This document shows, piece by piece, positions 1 to 9,081 of a DNA stretch of 32,842 nt; position 1 is the stretch's first letter, and each line of letters starts with the position of its first letter. The notes under the pieces are model-generated. The model did no database searches. It was not told the origin of the DNA and worked only from the letters and a program-made list of their open reading frames with translations. The position numbers were made by a program, and so were the translations under genes. Source of the stretch: Nanobdellota archaeon (GTDB lineage: Archaea > Nanobdellota > Nanobdellia > Pacearchaeales > GW2011-AR1); contig JBBSXB010000011.1 in NCBI GenBank assembly GCA_038046005.1, forward strand, positions 1-32,842, in the 5' to 3' direction.

Positions 1-17
1 GATTTTCTTTAGCTTTC

Positions 18-39
18 ACCCTACAGCAAGCTGTAGGGT
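18..39 (-). terminator. Perfect inverted repeat / stem-loop downstream of the 47..211 ORF
   Basis: ACCCTACAGC-AA-GCTGTAGGGT; on the minus strand a 9-bp stem closes a G(CUUG)C tetraloop, 7 nt after the stop codon. There is no U-tract, so a terminator role is uncertain. Confidence 0.4.
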
Positions 40-46
40 ATAACGA

Positions 47-211
47 TTAATTAATTCCGCAAGCTCTTAGTCTCTCTATCAATCGATGATAAAAGCCAGT
101 TAATTTTTCAATTCGAGATTCGTATCTAACAGAATCCTTGGCCTTTAAATCAACAATAAACAATTCCGTATCTTTAAGTCTCCTTGATAAGTCTACTGCG
201 CCTGTTGTCAT
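47..211 (-). CDS. Small hypothetical protein (54 aa, MTTGAVDLSRRLKDTELF...RLRACGIN), not in ORF track
   Basis: Translated by hand from ATG 211 to TAA 47; TATA-like TTTATAAA about 25 nt upstream; lies downstream of the thermosome gene. Confidence 0.5.
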   Translation of the reverse strand: MTTGAVDLSRRLKDTELFIVDLKAKDSVRYESRIEKLTGFYHRLIERLRACGIN

Positions 212-247
212 ATTATATCAAAGTTTCCTTATTTTATAAATTTTATC

Positions 248-1849
248 TTAATCAATCTCCGGCATTCCTCGAGGCATACTCATCCCTCTGCTTCCCGAAC
301 TGGCTATAACATCATCTATCCTCAGAATCATTATAGCAACCTCGCTTGCTGAATTAATTGCCTGTGTTTTTATTTTCAAAGGTTCAATTATCTTAGCTTC
401 CAAAACATTTTCAATTTTGTTTGTGAACAAATTCAGCCCAGCATTTTTTTCCCCAGAATCGTGTCTGCTTTTTAATTCCGTTAAAGTATCAATGGGATCA
501 AGTCCTGCATTTTCTGCAAGTGTGGAAGGAATAAATTCAAGAGCAGAAGCAAATTCCTCGACAGCCAACTGTTCTCTTCCGCTAAGTCCTTGAGAAAATT
601 CCCTTAATCTTCTTGCCAGCTCAATTTCAACAGCTCCGCCTCCAGGGACAACGTGTCCTGATTTCAGAGTGCATATGACATCCCCCAACCCATCTTTTAT
701 AGCTCTTTCAATTTCATCAATAACATGCTCAGTCCCGCCGTGAATTAAAATTGTCAGGGCTTTTGGATTTTGACAGCCCATGACATAAGTTTTTACATCT
801 CCGCCAGTTCTTACTTCTTCAACAATTCTCGCACTTCCTAATTCAAAGGGTGTCAGCTCTGAAAGGTTGCTTACAATTTTTCCGCTCGTTGCCTTTGAAA
901 TTTTTTCCATGTCATCTTTCGAAATTCTTCTAGCCGCGTAAATCCCTTCTTTAGCAAGAAGATATTGTGCAAAATCATCAATTCCTTTTTGACAGAACAC
1001 AACATTAGCACCGGAAAGCTTGACTTTTTCCACCATTTCTTTTATCATTCTTTCTTCCTGCATCAAGAATCCATTAAGCTGTTCAGGAGTCGATATTGAA
1101 ATTTTAGTTTCTATATCAGGATTTTTTATCTCCAAAGGAAAATCAATCAAGGCGATTCTAGCTCCGTCAACTTTTACAGGCATGTCTTGCGAAACTCTTT
1201 CCTTGTCAAAAACAATTCCAGATATTAATTCTGTATCACTGATTCCGTCTCCTTTTGCTTTTTCTATTTTTATATCCTTAACATTAATTCTTCCGTTATC
1301 ATAAATTTGTTTCACAGCTTGGACAATGATATCTGCAAATTTTTCCTTCGAATCTTCAGCACCTTTTCCCGTCATCGCCGTCATCGCAATCTGTTTTAAT
1401 ATTTCAGTATCATCATGGGTTATCTTTAAAGAAATATCTTTCAAAATCTCCTGGCATTTGTCAGCCGCAATTCTGTATCCTTTTGTTATGACAGTTGGGT
1501 GAATTTTCCTGTCTAAAAGTTTTTCGGCGTTTTCAAGGAGTTTGCCTGCAATCATGACGGCTGTTGTTGTCCCGTCTCCAACTTCTGACTCCTGAGTTTT
1601 CGCAACTTCAACCATCATCTTCGCAGCAGGATGCTCTATCTGCATTTCTTCAAGAATCGTGACTCCGTCATTTGTAACTATAATATCTCCCGTAGGAGAA
1701 ACCAACATCTTGTCCATTCCTTTTGGCCCAAGTGTTGTCTTAACAATCTCTGCAACCATTCGTGCAGCTAGAATATTATTTCGCTGTGCATCTTTTCCAA
1801 GAAGTCTCTGCACATCTTCAGGCATCAATACGACTGGTTTTTCTGACAT
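248..1849 (-). CDS. ths: Thermosome subunit (group II chaperonin)
   Basis: [26 protein letters not shown] nucleotide-binding motif, PGGGAVE, C-terminal ILRIDDVI and Gly/Met tail; 533 aa. Confidence 0.98.
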   Translation of the reverse strand: MSEKPVVLMPEDVQRLLGKDAQRNNILAARMVAEIVKTTLGPKGMDKMLVSPTGDIIVTNDGVTILEEMQIEHPAAKMMVEVAKTQESEVGDGTTTAVMIAGKLLENAEKLLDRKIHPTVITKGYRIAADKCQEILKDISLKITHDDTEILKQIAMTAMTGKGAEDSKEKFADIIVQAVKQIYDNGRINVKDIKIEKAKGDGISDTELISGIVFDKERVSQDMPVKVDGARIALIDFPLEIKNPDIETKISISTPEQLNGFLMQEERMIKEMVEKVKLSGANVVFCQKGIDDFAQYLLAKEGIYAARRISKDDMEKISKATSGKIVSNLSELTPFELGSARIVEEVRTGGDVKTYVMGCQNPKALTILIHGGTEHVIDEIERAIKDGLGDVICTLKSGHVVPGGGAVEIELARRLREFSQGLSGREQLAVEEFASALEFIPSTLAENAGLDPIDTLTELKSRHDSGEKNAGLNLFTNKIENVLEAKIIEPLKIKTQAINSASEVAIMILRIDDVIASSGSRGMSMPRGMPEID

Positions 1850-1957
1850 TTTATATTCACTATGTTAAATTCTCTTTATTCAGCCGTATTTAAGATTTAT
1901 GGTGGTAAAATAATGGCAAGTTTTATATACCCTTGTTATTGCAGAGTAATAACAAAA

Positions 1958-3001
1958 ATGACAAGGACAATTGATGATCAACTCTCACCTAAAGAACCTT
2001 TGAAAGTAAGAGTGGCAAAAGCCCCATTTAGAGCGATAGGTTCTTCAACAAAATGGGCATTTAACAAAGCGCACAACTCAGTAGAGCAAAGATCTTTCGA
2101 TCTTAAACCAGGAATGTACGCATTCGTCCTAGCAAATTACAGACTTTTCCCGGACGATTTTAGCAGAGACCAGGCGTTAGTCTTGGCAGATTCTTATTCT
2201 TCTGTTTTAGAATTATTTGAAAATAACAGGGGTATATTTGCTAAGGGTGCAAAAATTCTTGGACCAAAAAGGGCTTCTTGGTATGTTCCTCAACCATTTG
2301 ATGCATATTTTAAATTTCCAGGACAAGACATAATCATTGTTGACACAAAGCAAAGGTTCTTTGACCCTAAACCAAGAACCGTGCCAAGTAAATTCAATGG
2401 TTTTCCCATAGACGCAAACGTCAACACAAGAATTTTCTATAGGGATCACCCATTAACACTTTTTCAAGTAGACGCAGGATATCTCTTGCAATTAAGAAGT
2501 CTTAAGAATAAAAAGAAAATCGAAGCTACAGAACTTGATGAGTTAATTGATGGTTACAGAGCCGACAAGGAAGAAAAAATAGCAACTATTGCTTATGAAA
2601 TGGTCTTTAATCATTTCGCACCACAAGAATATCTAGATGCTGTTTCATTCCCTTTATCTAGAGTTGCAGCAACAAGCAGAAATCAAAATTTACAAAGATC
2701 TGTTGGAATTCAGATTGAGGATATTTCAATTGAAGGGGCGAAAATCCCAGAATCGCATGACGCATTTATAAGAGAGCAAATAAAATACGCAAGCAATAGA
2801 GAAGCCATTAGAGAAGATCTCGAACAAAAATATAGAATTTTCAGCGATCTTGTTAATTTGAAAGGATCTAATTATAGCGAAAGACAGAGAATGGAGCTAG
2901 CCGTACAGTTTAACAGATTTTTAGAAGCCTCAGGATCCAATCAAAGAATATCTACTTCAGGAATCTATAATACCGAAGTAACAAAGATTCACGCAGCCTA
3001 A
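1958..3001 (+). CDS. Divergent SPFH/band-7 (stomatin/prohibitin-like) domain protein, no obvious TM anchor
   Basis: IIIVDTKQRFFDPKPRTVPSK-NGFPIDANVNTRIFYRDHPLTLFQVD and VGIQIEDISIEGAKIPES resemble SPFH core strands, followed by a helical tail. Start moved from 1862 to ATG 1958 because of the TATA box at about 1921-1929. Confidence 0.6.
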   Translation: MTRTIDDQLSPKEPLKVRVAKAPFRAIGSSTKWAFNKAHNSVEQRSFDLKPGMYAFVLANYRLFPDDFSRDQALVLADSYSSVLELFENNRGIFAKGAKILGPKRASWYVPQPFDAYFKFPGQDIIIVDTKQRFFDPKPRTVPSKFNGFPIDANVNTRIFYRDHPLTLFQVDAGYLLQLRSLKNKKKIEATELDELIDGYRADKEEKIATIAYEMVFNHFAPQEYLDAVSFPLSRVAATSRNQNLQRSVGIQIEDISIEGAKIPESHDAFIREQIKYASNREAIREDLEQKYRIFSDLVNLKGSNYSERQRMELAVQFNRFLEASGSNQRISTSGIYNTEVTKIHAA

Positions 3002-3037
3002 CGAAATATTTATAAACCATCACTTTTTAATGACAAC

Positions 3038-3547
3038 ATGAGAACAGCAGACGGTCAACAATACGGATTTTTTAGAGCAATTGGTAATTTTGTAAAAAAT
3101 GGAGGAACCGGCTTAGTTGTAAAAACAATAGGAGTTGGAGCTCTTGGTGGAATTGCAGGTATTGGACTTAGAGCTGGATTCAAAGCTTATGTTGATGGGG
3201 TTTATTCTGGAGATTTAGTTTACCAATTTTTACAGGGTGTAAAAGAAGTTACCCCTTTTGTAGACGGACGAGACAACTTAACTGATGTAACTAAAACACT
3301 TTCAGCTGCTGCCGTTGCTGCAGGCATTTATTTTGGAGGAAAATTAATCAAGTATATTCATGAAAAAGGAACAGGCCATTATGCTAGTTCAGTTGCAGAG
3401 GCTGCCGATTATGCGCAACAGCAAGCTCCTTTCAGAGCGCTACAACAAAGAACTAATCTTGAAGCAGCCACAATAGCTGTTGAAGAAGATCTTGGGCTAA
3501 AAAAAGCTGCAAGCAGAAGACGTCTTAGAGATTTAGGTGCAATTTAA
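3038..3547 (+). CDS. Membrane protein with Gly-rich hydrophobic segments
   Basis: GVGALGGIAGIGLRAG glycine-zipper-like segment and LSAAAVAAGIYFGG segment; TTTATAAA upstream. Confidence 0.7.
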   Translation: MRTADGQQYGFFRAIGNFVKNGGTGLVVKTIGVGALGGIAGIGLRAGFKAYVDGVYSGDLVYQFLQGVKEVTPFVDGRDNLTDVTKTLSAAAVAAGIYFGGKLIKYIHEKGTGHYASSVAEAADYAQQQAPFRALQQRTNLEAATIAVEEDLGLKKAASRRRLRDLGAI

Positions 3548-3638
3548 TCCTTTAACTCTCTCTCACACAAATATTTATATATAAGTTCTGCATTAAAATA
3601 TCAATTAAAATGAGACTTCATGAATGGAGGTAAATGAA

Positions 3639-3836
3639 ATGAAAATTCTTGTAACAATATTATTGGTAACAGTTTTGTTGTCCCTGACTCTTGGAGGTTT
3701 AACGTTTGTCGGCCCAGCATGGTCGGTAGTGCCAAGTAGCGGTTGTGCTGGTTCATGGGATGTTGACAGCGGAGCTCCGCCCTTAATCGGTTCAGAAGCA
3801 ATAGCTTGCCAGATGAAATATAACTTCTGGAACTAA
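3639..3836 (+). CDS. Small secreted protein (65 aa, signal peptide plus 2-Cys mature peptide)
   Basis: GGAGGT SD at 3626-3631 before ATG 3639; MK plus hydrophobic core; two Cys in the C-terminal half. Confidence 0.6.
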   Translation: MKILVTILLVTVLLSLTLGGLTFVGPAWSVVPSSGCAGSWDVDSGAPPLIGSEAIACQMKYNFWN

Positions 3837-3852
3837 TTAAAAAACTTCTTTT

Positions 3853-5502
3853 TTATTTTATTTGAATATTTTTTTCTGCTGTTCCCAAATATCTTACAAT
3901 TCCTTCTCCCCTATCTCTTGTGTAAAACTCAAGTGCAAGTGTTTTCATTGTTCGTGATTCTAAAGGAATTTTCTTTGTTCCTGACCATATGAAATCTGGA
4001 ATTACAATGTCATAAATAAAAACTCCATTTGGCGATGTTGACACAATATCCAAAGTGTCAATGTCAAACTTGTCAATTCCTCTTCTTTTAATATCCTCAT
4101 ATCTTAATTCAGGAGGTTCTGTTGATGCAGTATCTTGAACTCTCTCACTCTTTCCAGTAATCACTCGCCCCGACTTTTTTCCAGGATCTACAAGCGAAAC
4201 AAAAGCTCTTCCAGAATAAAATCCACTACTGTCTTTATCTAATCCTCCAACAGGAAAAAATATTTTTATTCTTTCATTTTTTGAAACAGGATCAATCCAA
4301 AATGTTGGAACTTTTGTTTGCTGACCAGGAATTAAAGAAGCTGCTTGCTGTTTATGTACAATTTCCAAAGGATACTCTCCTCTTATCATTTTTACATCTG
4401 GCTTTTTTACTTCAACTTTTCCGCCATTGCTTACTTTAACTTCGACCTTATAATTTTTATTTGTTTCAAATGGCACAGTAATTACACGTGCAGTAAATCC
4501 TTTTCCTACTTCATTTGTCATATCATAATCAAAATGACATTTCTCTGAAAAAACCCTAAATAAAGAATCTCTTCTATTCTCGCTGACGATATATTCCAAA
4601 TCAAAGGGCAAAATTTCTCTTCCAGCAGAATTTTTTGTTGAAAATCCTTTACGATTTGCGTAAAGATCGATGATTATTCTTTCTTTTTCTAAAGGCTCTC
4701 CAGCATAACAAGGAAGTCTTGTAGCTCTTACATCTCTTACCTCTAATGGTATGGAATCAAATAGAACGCTAAATTCACTAGAGTATTTTCCTTTTAACAT
4801 ATCTGACGCAAGTTTAGAATCTGTGGAGGTTCCAGGAGTATTTATATCATCAAAACCGCTTTTTATGTCATCAAGAGAGCTAATTGGTCCTTGAGAAACC
4901 TCCTCTATAACATAATCAAAACTTCCTTTTTCAACAGCTTTAACACTTACCCCATTTCGAAACGTCGCTATAACATATCCATCTCCAACGCTTGGAGGCT
5001 CTTTAAATAATCCTTGCAATGCCATAAATTTTCCCCATTCATTCAATCTTCCATTTATGTCAAATCCTCCATAGCTAGCAATCTGTTCCGCTCTTTTTAC
5101 AAGCTCTTTGCTGACAAAAGTATTTGTGGAACTTCCAAATTTAGTGTCTTCATCTGCAAATATCTGATTATAAATTGTGATTATGCTTGCTGAGTCATAT
5201 ACAACATTCAAAGTATCTAATTGCCCCAATAAATCTTTTACTCGGCTTCCATTAATCCCATTTACTTTTAGTTTTGCCAAATAATTCATAGTGTGATTCG
5301 TAACTCTCCATAAATTTTTTGGACCATTGTTTTTCCCTCCAACGTACTCTTCTCTCAGGCTTTGTTCATACACATTAACATTTGCTTTTTCCTTAACTTC
5401 CAAACCCACTTTTTTCTTGTAAGAATCAGGAGGAAGCTGGCAAGCCTGCGTTGCTAACAAAATGCCCACTAAAGAACCAGTTAATAACTCTCTAAGTCTC
5501 AT
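3853..5502 (-). CDS. Secreted / putative lipoprotein of unknown function (549 aa)
   Basis: N-terminal MRLRELLTGSLVGILLATQAC with lipobox-like Cys21; beta-rich C-terminal half. Confidence 0.75.
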   Translation of the reverse strand: MRLRELLTGSLVGILLATQACQLPPDSYKKKVGLEVKEKANVNVYEQSLREEYVGGKNNGPKNLWRVTNHTMNYLAKLKVNGINGSRVKDLLGQLDTLNVVYDSASIITIYNQIFADEDTKFGSSTNTFVSKELVKRAEQIASYGGFDINGRLNEWGKFMALQGLFKEPPSVGDGYVIATFRNGVSVKAVEKGSFDYVIEEVSQGPISSLDDIKSGFDDINTPGTSTDSKLASDMLKGKYSSEFSVLFDSIPLEVRDVRATRLPCYAGEPLEKERIIIDLYANRKGFSTKNSAGREILPFDLEYIVSENRRDSLFRVFSEKCHFDYDMTNEVGKGFTARVITVPFETNKNYKVEVKVSNGGKVEVKKPDVKMIRGEYPLEIVHKQQAASLIPGQQTKVPTFWIDPVSKNERIKIFFPVGGLDKDSSGFYSGRAFVSLVDPGKKSGRVITGKSERVQDTASTEPPELRYEDIKRRGIDKFDIDTLDIVSTSPNGVFIYDIVIPDFIWSGTKKIPLESRTMKTLALEFYTRDRGEGIVRYLGTAEKNIQIK

Positions 5503-5617
5503 TTTATATCGCTAAAAAAAGCGCACTCATGTATATATAAACATTGCTGATTGATTATATACTCCAAATTTCATATAAATCTTTATAAGTTTCAGCTTGC
5601 TGGTTCTTAGTGTAAAA

Positions 5618-6172
5618 ATGGAAAGAATTAGGGTTGCAGAAGTCATGACTCGGGATCCAATAACTATAAAGCCGGAAACGAGCCTTTTGGACTGTGCAAA
5701 AATTATGGTCAAGAAAAGGGTCGGAACGCTTCTGCTTGTCAACGGGAAAAAATTGATTGGACTAATCTCTAGAAAAGACATTCTGTGGGCATTGATAAAA
5801 AAATCAAAACAAGACCTTTCAAAAATAAAAGCTGTTGACATTTCTCCAAAAAAAATAGCGACAGTAAAGCCAGATTCAACAATAAGAGAGGCATTAAACA
5901 AAATGAAGCAGGTAAAATTTGAAAGGCTTCCTGTGATTTTTGGGGGAAATTTAGTCGGAATGTTAACAGCGAGAGATATTTTAAGTGTCCATCCAGAAGC
6001 ATATCCTGAACTTGAAGAATTCACGCACATAAGAGAAGAATCTGAAAAATTAAGAAGGATAAAAAAAATAAAAGACACAACGGAAGGAATCTGTGAAGAA
6101 TGTGGAAACTTTGATATTCTTTTTAGGGTTAACGACAGCTTAATATGTGAAAATTGCAGGGAAAAGATTTGA
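5618..6172 (+). CDS. CBS-pair protein with C-terminal zinc ribbon
   Basis: VAEVMTRDPITIKP...GLISRKDIL / LVGMLTARDIL CBS pair; CEECG...LICENC zinc ribbon; start taken at ATG 5618. Confidence 0.93.
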   Translation: MERIRVAEVMTRDPITIKPETSLLDCAKIMVKKRVGTLLLVNGKKLIGLISRKDILWALIKKSKQDLSKIKAVDISPKKIATVKPDSTIREALNKMKQVKFERLPVIFGGNLVGMLTARDILSVHPEAYPELEEFTHIREESEKLRRIKKIKDTTEGICEECGNFDILFRVNDSLICENCREKI

Positions 6173-6408
6173 TGAATTCCGTTGATGGAATAATCTTTGA
6201 GATAGAACCATTAAACGTTAAGGAGCCTCCGCATTTTCCAATGCATTTTTATTTCTTGGCTTTAAGTAGGGAAAATATCTTGCATTTGGACAATGTTAAT
6301 TCAAAACCTTTTCCAATATTTTATCTGCCTAATTTAAACAATCTTTTAACTGAAGATGATTTTTGGAATAAATATTTATTCCTTCCTCCAAATGAAACTG
6401 CCCATTAG
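6172..6408 (+). CDS. Hypothetical protein
   Basis: ATG overlaps the CBS stop codon (TGATG), suggesting translational coupling. Confidence 0.5.
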   Translation: MNSVDGIIFEIEPLNVKEPPHFPMHFYFLALSRENILHLDNVNSKPFPIFYLPNLNNLLTEDDFWNKYLFLPPNETAH

Positions 6409-6418
6409 TTAGACGTAG

Positions 6419-6739
6419 TCATCCTCTAAAAAAATTCCCAGTTATTCTATGAGGGCGGGCTCCAAAAAATGTTTCTTTTCTGTATCCGTCTGCAAAAAGA
6501 TACAAATTCATTTTAATTAAAACTTCCTCGACGGAAGAAAAAAATTCATCTTTGGAAGGACCTATATCATGAGGCAAATCAACAGGTTTTTTAGAGCCAA
6601 AATTATAATCAATATAAAGACGACTAGGGCTCCAGAAACATCCTTTTACATAGCCACGACCCAACGATACACCTTGATTTGAAAGTTTTGTTTTCAAACC
6701 TTCCTGACCTTTGAATATTAGCCTTGTTAAATTAACCAT
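6419..6739 (-). CDS. Hypothetical protein (106 aa)
   Basis: ORF fills the intergenic space; TTTATAA about 25 nt upstream. Confidence 0.6.
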   Translation of the reverse strand: MVNLTRLIFKGQEGLKTKLSNQGVSLGRGYVKGCFWSPSRLYIDYNFGSKKPVDLPHDIGPSKDEFFSSVEEVLIKMNLYLFADGYRKETFFGARPHRITGNFFRG

Positions 6740-6838
6740 AATTTTTTATCCCCATGGCACTTATAAACATTTCTTTAGTTAAATATTTAAATCAAAATCC
6801 TTTAGCTATAATATCATAAAAAGGGGACAACACATTTA

Positions 6839-7342
6839 ATGGCTGAAGAGGAACAAATATTTTCAAGCAAAGTTAAGTATAATGGAATTTTTTCATTCAA
6901 AGACACATACAAGTTTTGCTATGACTATCTTGTGGAGGAATTTGGGCTGAATATTTCTGAAGAAAAATATGTTGAAAAAATAGCTGGAGATGCGAAAAAC
7001 ATCGAGGTAAAATGGAACGCAACAAAAAAAATTACAGATTATTTCAAATTTAAAATTTCAATCACTTACAAAGTAGATGGCTTAAAAAACATTGAAATGA
7101 CCCAGGATGGGGTAAAAATAAAAACAAATCAGGGCACCATTGAAACTACCGTTAAAGGAACTTTAGTCAGAGATTACGAAGGAAAATTTGAGCAGAACGC
7201 CTTCCAAAAATTCTTGAGGGCAATTTATGAAAAATTTATTATAACTGCAAGAATCGATGAATTTGAGGGTAAGCTAATTGGATGGTGTGACAATTTTTTA
7301 GCCCAGACAAAAGCCTATCTTGATCTCGAAGGAAGAAAATAA
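6839..7342 (+). CDS. Conserved-looking archaeal hypothetical protein (167 aa)
   Basis: Typical composition; resembles a DPANN-conserved family as recalled (KITDYFKF...GTLVRDYEGKFE); function unknown. Confidence 0.8.
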   Translation: MAEEEQIFSSKVKYNGIFSFKDTYKFCYDYLVEEFGLNISEEKYVEKIAGDAKNIEVKWNATKKITDYFKFKISITYKVDGLKNIEMTQDGVKIKTNQGTIETTVKGTLVRDYEGKFEQNAFQKFLRAIYEKFIITARIDEFEGKLIGWCDNFLAQTKAYLDLEGRK

Positions 7343-7429
7343 ATTAATTTTAGAATTCTAATTTTTGTTATAAAAAAGAGTAAAAATCACAACCGAAATG
7401 CTTATATACAAATTTATTTTTAATTCTGT

Positions 7430-8821
7430 ATGAAAAAGGTGCTATCTTTATCAGTTTTGCTGTTGATTCTGCCATTTACGTTAGCATTAAACCTTCAAGT
7501 AGACAAAATCAGCAAAAATGAGGTGATGATTGTCGGAGTGGAGAAGCCTGCTACTTTTGATTTTAACATCACTAATCCCGGGCCAGCCACAAAAATACAA
7601 TTTTATAATCTTCTCAGCTTCAGAATGCTTCCATCAGAGACCATTTTAATAAACGCTTATGAAAGCAAAATCATAAAACTTGAGATTTCACCAATAGGAG
7701 ACTTCAATTTCACAGGACTTTATTCTTTTCCGTTCTACATAAGAGACGTAAATGACGAATCAGAAATGCGGGAAACCCTGACTTTCAGGAGAGTTGAATT
7801 CAGGGACGCATTTGAAATCGGAGCCGGAAGCTTTAACCCAGAGTCAAACTCTGTTGATATCTATCTGCAAAATATGCAGAATTTTAAATTTGGAGAAATA
7901 AATGGAAAATTTTCCTCTTCTTTTTTCAATATTGAAAAGACATTCACTCTTGCCCCTTATGAAAGAAAAAACTTCACAATACAGTTGAATAAAGAGGATT
8001 TCAAACAGCTTCTTGCAGGTTCATACACATTGAATGCAGACTTAAATGCGGAAGGCCAGAAAACAAATATTCAGACTAACCTTGAGTTTATTGAAAAAGA
8101 CATAATAAAGACAAGTGAAAGTCAGTCCGGGCTTATTTTTAGGACTAATGTCATAACGAAAACAAATGTAGGAAATGTTCTTGCCACAGAAAATATGGTT
8201 ATAACTAAAAACATAATCTCAAGACTTTTCACAACATTCAGTCCAGAGCCAGATAGTGTTGACAGAAGCGGTTTTATAGTTAAATATGGCTGGTCAAGGG
8301 AGCTGAAACCTGGAGAATCTTTTGAGATAACTGTAAAAACAAACTGGCTATTCCCCCTATTGTTGATACTTCTGGTTATTGCTGCCGTAATAATAGCAAA
8401 ACAATACACTTCAACAAATCTTGTCATTAATAAAAAAATAAACTTTGTCAGGGCAAAGGGCGGAGAATTCGCACTTAAAGTTTCAGTAATCCTTAACGCT
8501 AAAAAACATGTTGACAACATAACTGTAATCGACAGGCTTCCTCCTTTAGTAACACTTTATGAAAAGTTCGGCATTGAAAAACCATCTAGAGTAGACACAA
8601 AACTCAGAAAACTTGAATGGAACTTCAATGGCTTGGAAGCAGGAGAAACAAGAGTCATTTCATACATAATTTATTCAAAGGTTGGTATAATGGGAAAATT
8701 CTCATTGCCCCCTACAACGGCAATATTTGAAAGAAACGGCCAAGCACACGAGACAGAATCAAACAGGGCTTTCTTTGTAGCAGAGCCAAGAAGTGCTAAA
8801 GACTTCCAAAATGAATTCTAA
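7430..8821 (+). CDS. Single-pass membrane protein with extracellular and cytoplasmic Ig-like beta domains
   Basis: Signal peptide; beta-rich ectodomain; TM WLFPLLLILLVIAAVIIA; C-terminal ITVIDRLP...LEWNFNGLEAGETRVISY (DUF11-like). Confidence 0.85.
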   Translation: MKKVLSLSVLLLILPFTLALNLQVDKISKNEVMIVGVEKPATFDFNITNPGPATKIQFYNLLSFRMLPSETILINAYESKIIKLEISPIGDFNFTGLYSFPFYIRDVNDESEMRETLTFRRVEFRDAFEIGAGSFNPESNSVDIYLQNMQNFKFGEINGKFSSSFFNIEKTFTLAPYERKNFTIQLNKEDFKQLLAGSYTLNADLNAEGQKTNIQTNLEFIEKDIIKTSESQSGLIFRTNVITKTNVGNVLATENMVITKNIISRLFTTFSPEPDSVDRSGFIVKYGWSRELKPGESFEITVKTNWLFPLLLILLVIAAVIIAKQYTSTNLVINKKINFVRAKGGEFALKVSVILNAKKHVDNITVIDRLPPLVTLYEKFGIEKPSRVDTKLRKLEWNFNGLEAGETRVISYIIYSKVGIMGKFSLPPTTAIFERNGQAHETESNRAFFVAEPRSAKDFQNEF

Positions 8822-9050
8822 AGAAAAATCAAAGATAGCGAGAGAGCTTGAGAATACCCTACTTTCTGGAGCTGAAATAAAAGGCAGGACTTTAGTGAGG
8901 AGATGTTGTGGCAAAAGAATGGTTAAGCTTAATCCTAACAATGGGAAAAGAGAAACACTTCTTTACTGCTCGGCAAAATGCCATCGCAGTTATAACCCCT
9001 CTCTAGCAAATTTCTTTGATCCAGGATATGCCGTCTCGGGATTTAAGTAA
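8811..9050 (+). CDS. Small zinc-finger protein (CC...YCSAKCH)
   Basis: RRCCGKRM and LLYCSAKCH; ATG 8811 overlaps the end of the upstream gene. Confidence 0.65.
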   Translation: MNSKEKSKIARELENTLLSGAEIKGRTLVRRCCGKRMVKLNPNNGKRETLLYCSAKCHRSYNPSLANFFDPGYAVSGFK

Positions 9051-9081
9051 GTTTTAAAAACTGTTATTTCTCTGAGCTAGA

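Noticed and set aside
1020-1868. Plus-strand ORFs 1020..1304 and 1659..1868
   Set aside because: Antisense shadows of the thermosome gene
5527-6078. 183-aa minus-strand ORF
   Set aside because: Antisense shadow of the clearly recognisable CBS gene
8122-8941. Minus-strand ORFs 8122..8520 and 8759..8941
   Set aside because: Antisense to well-supported plus-strand genes; no motifs
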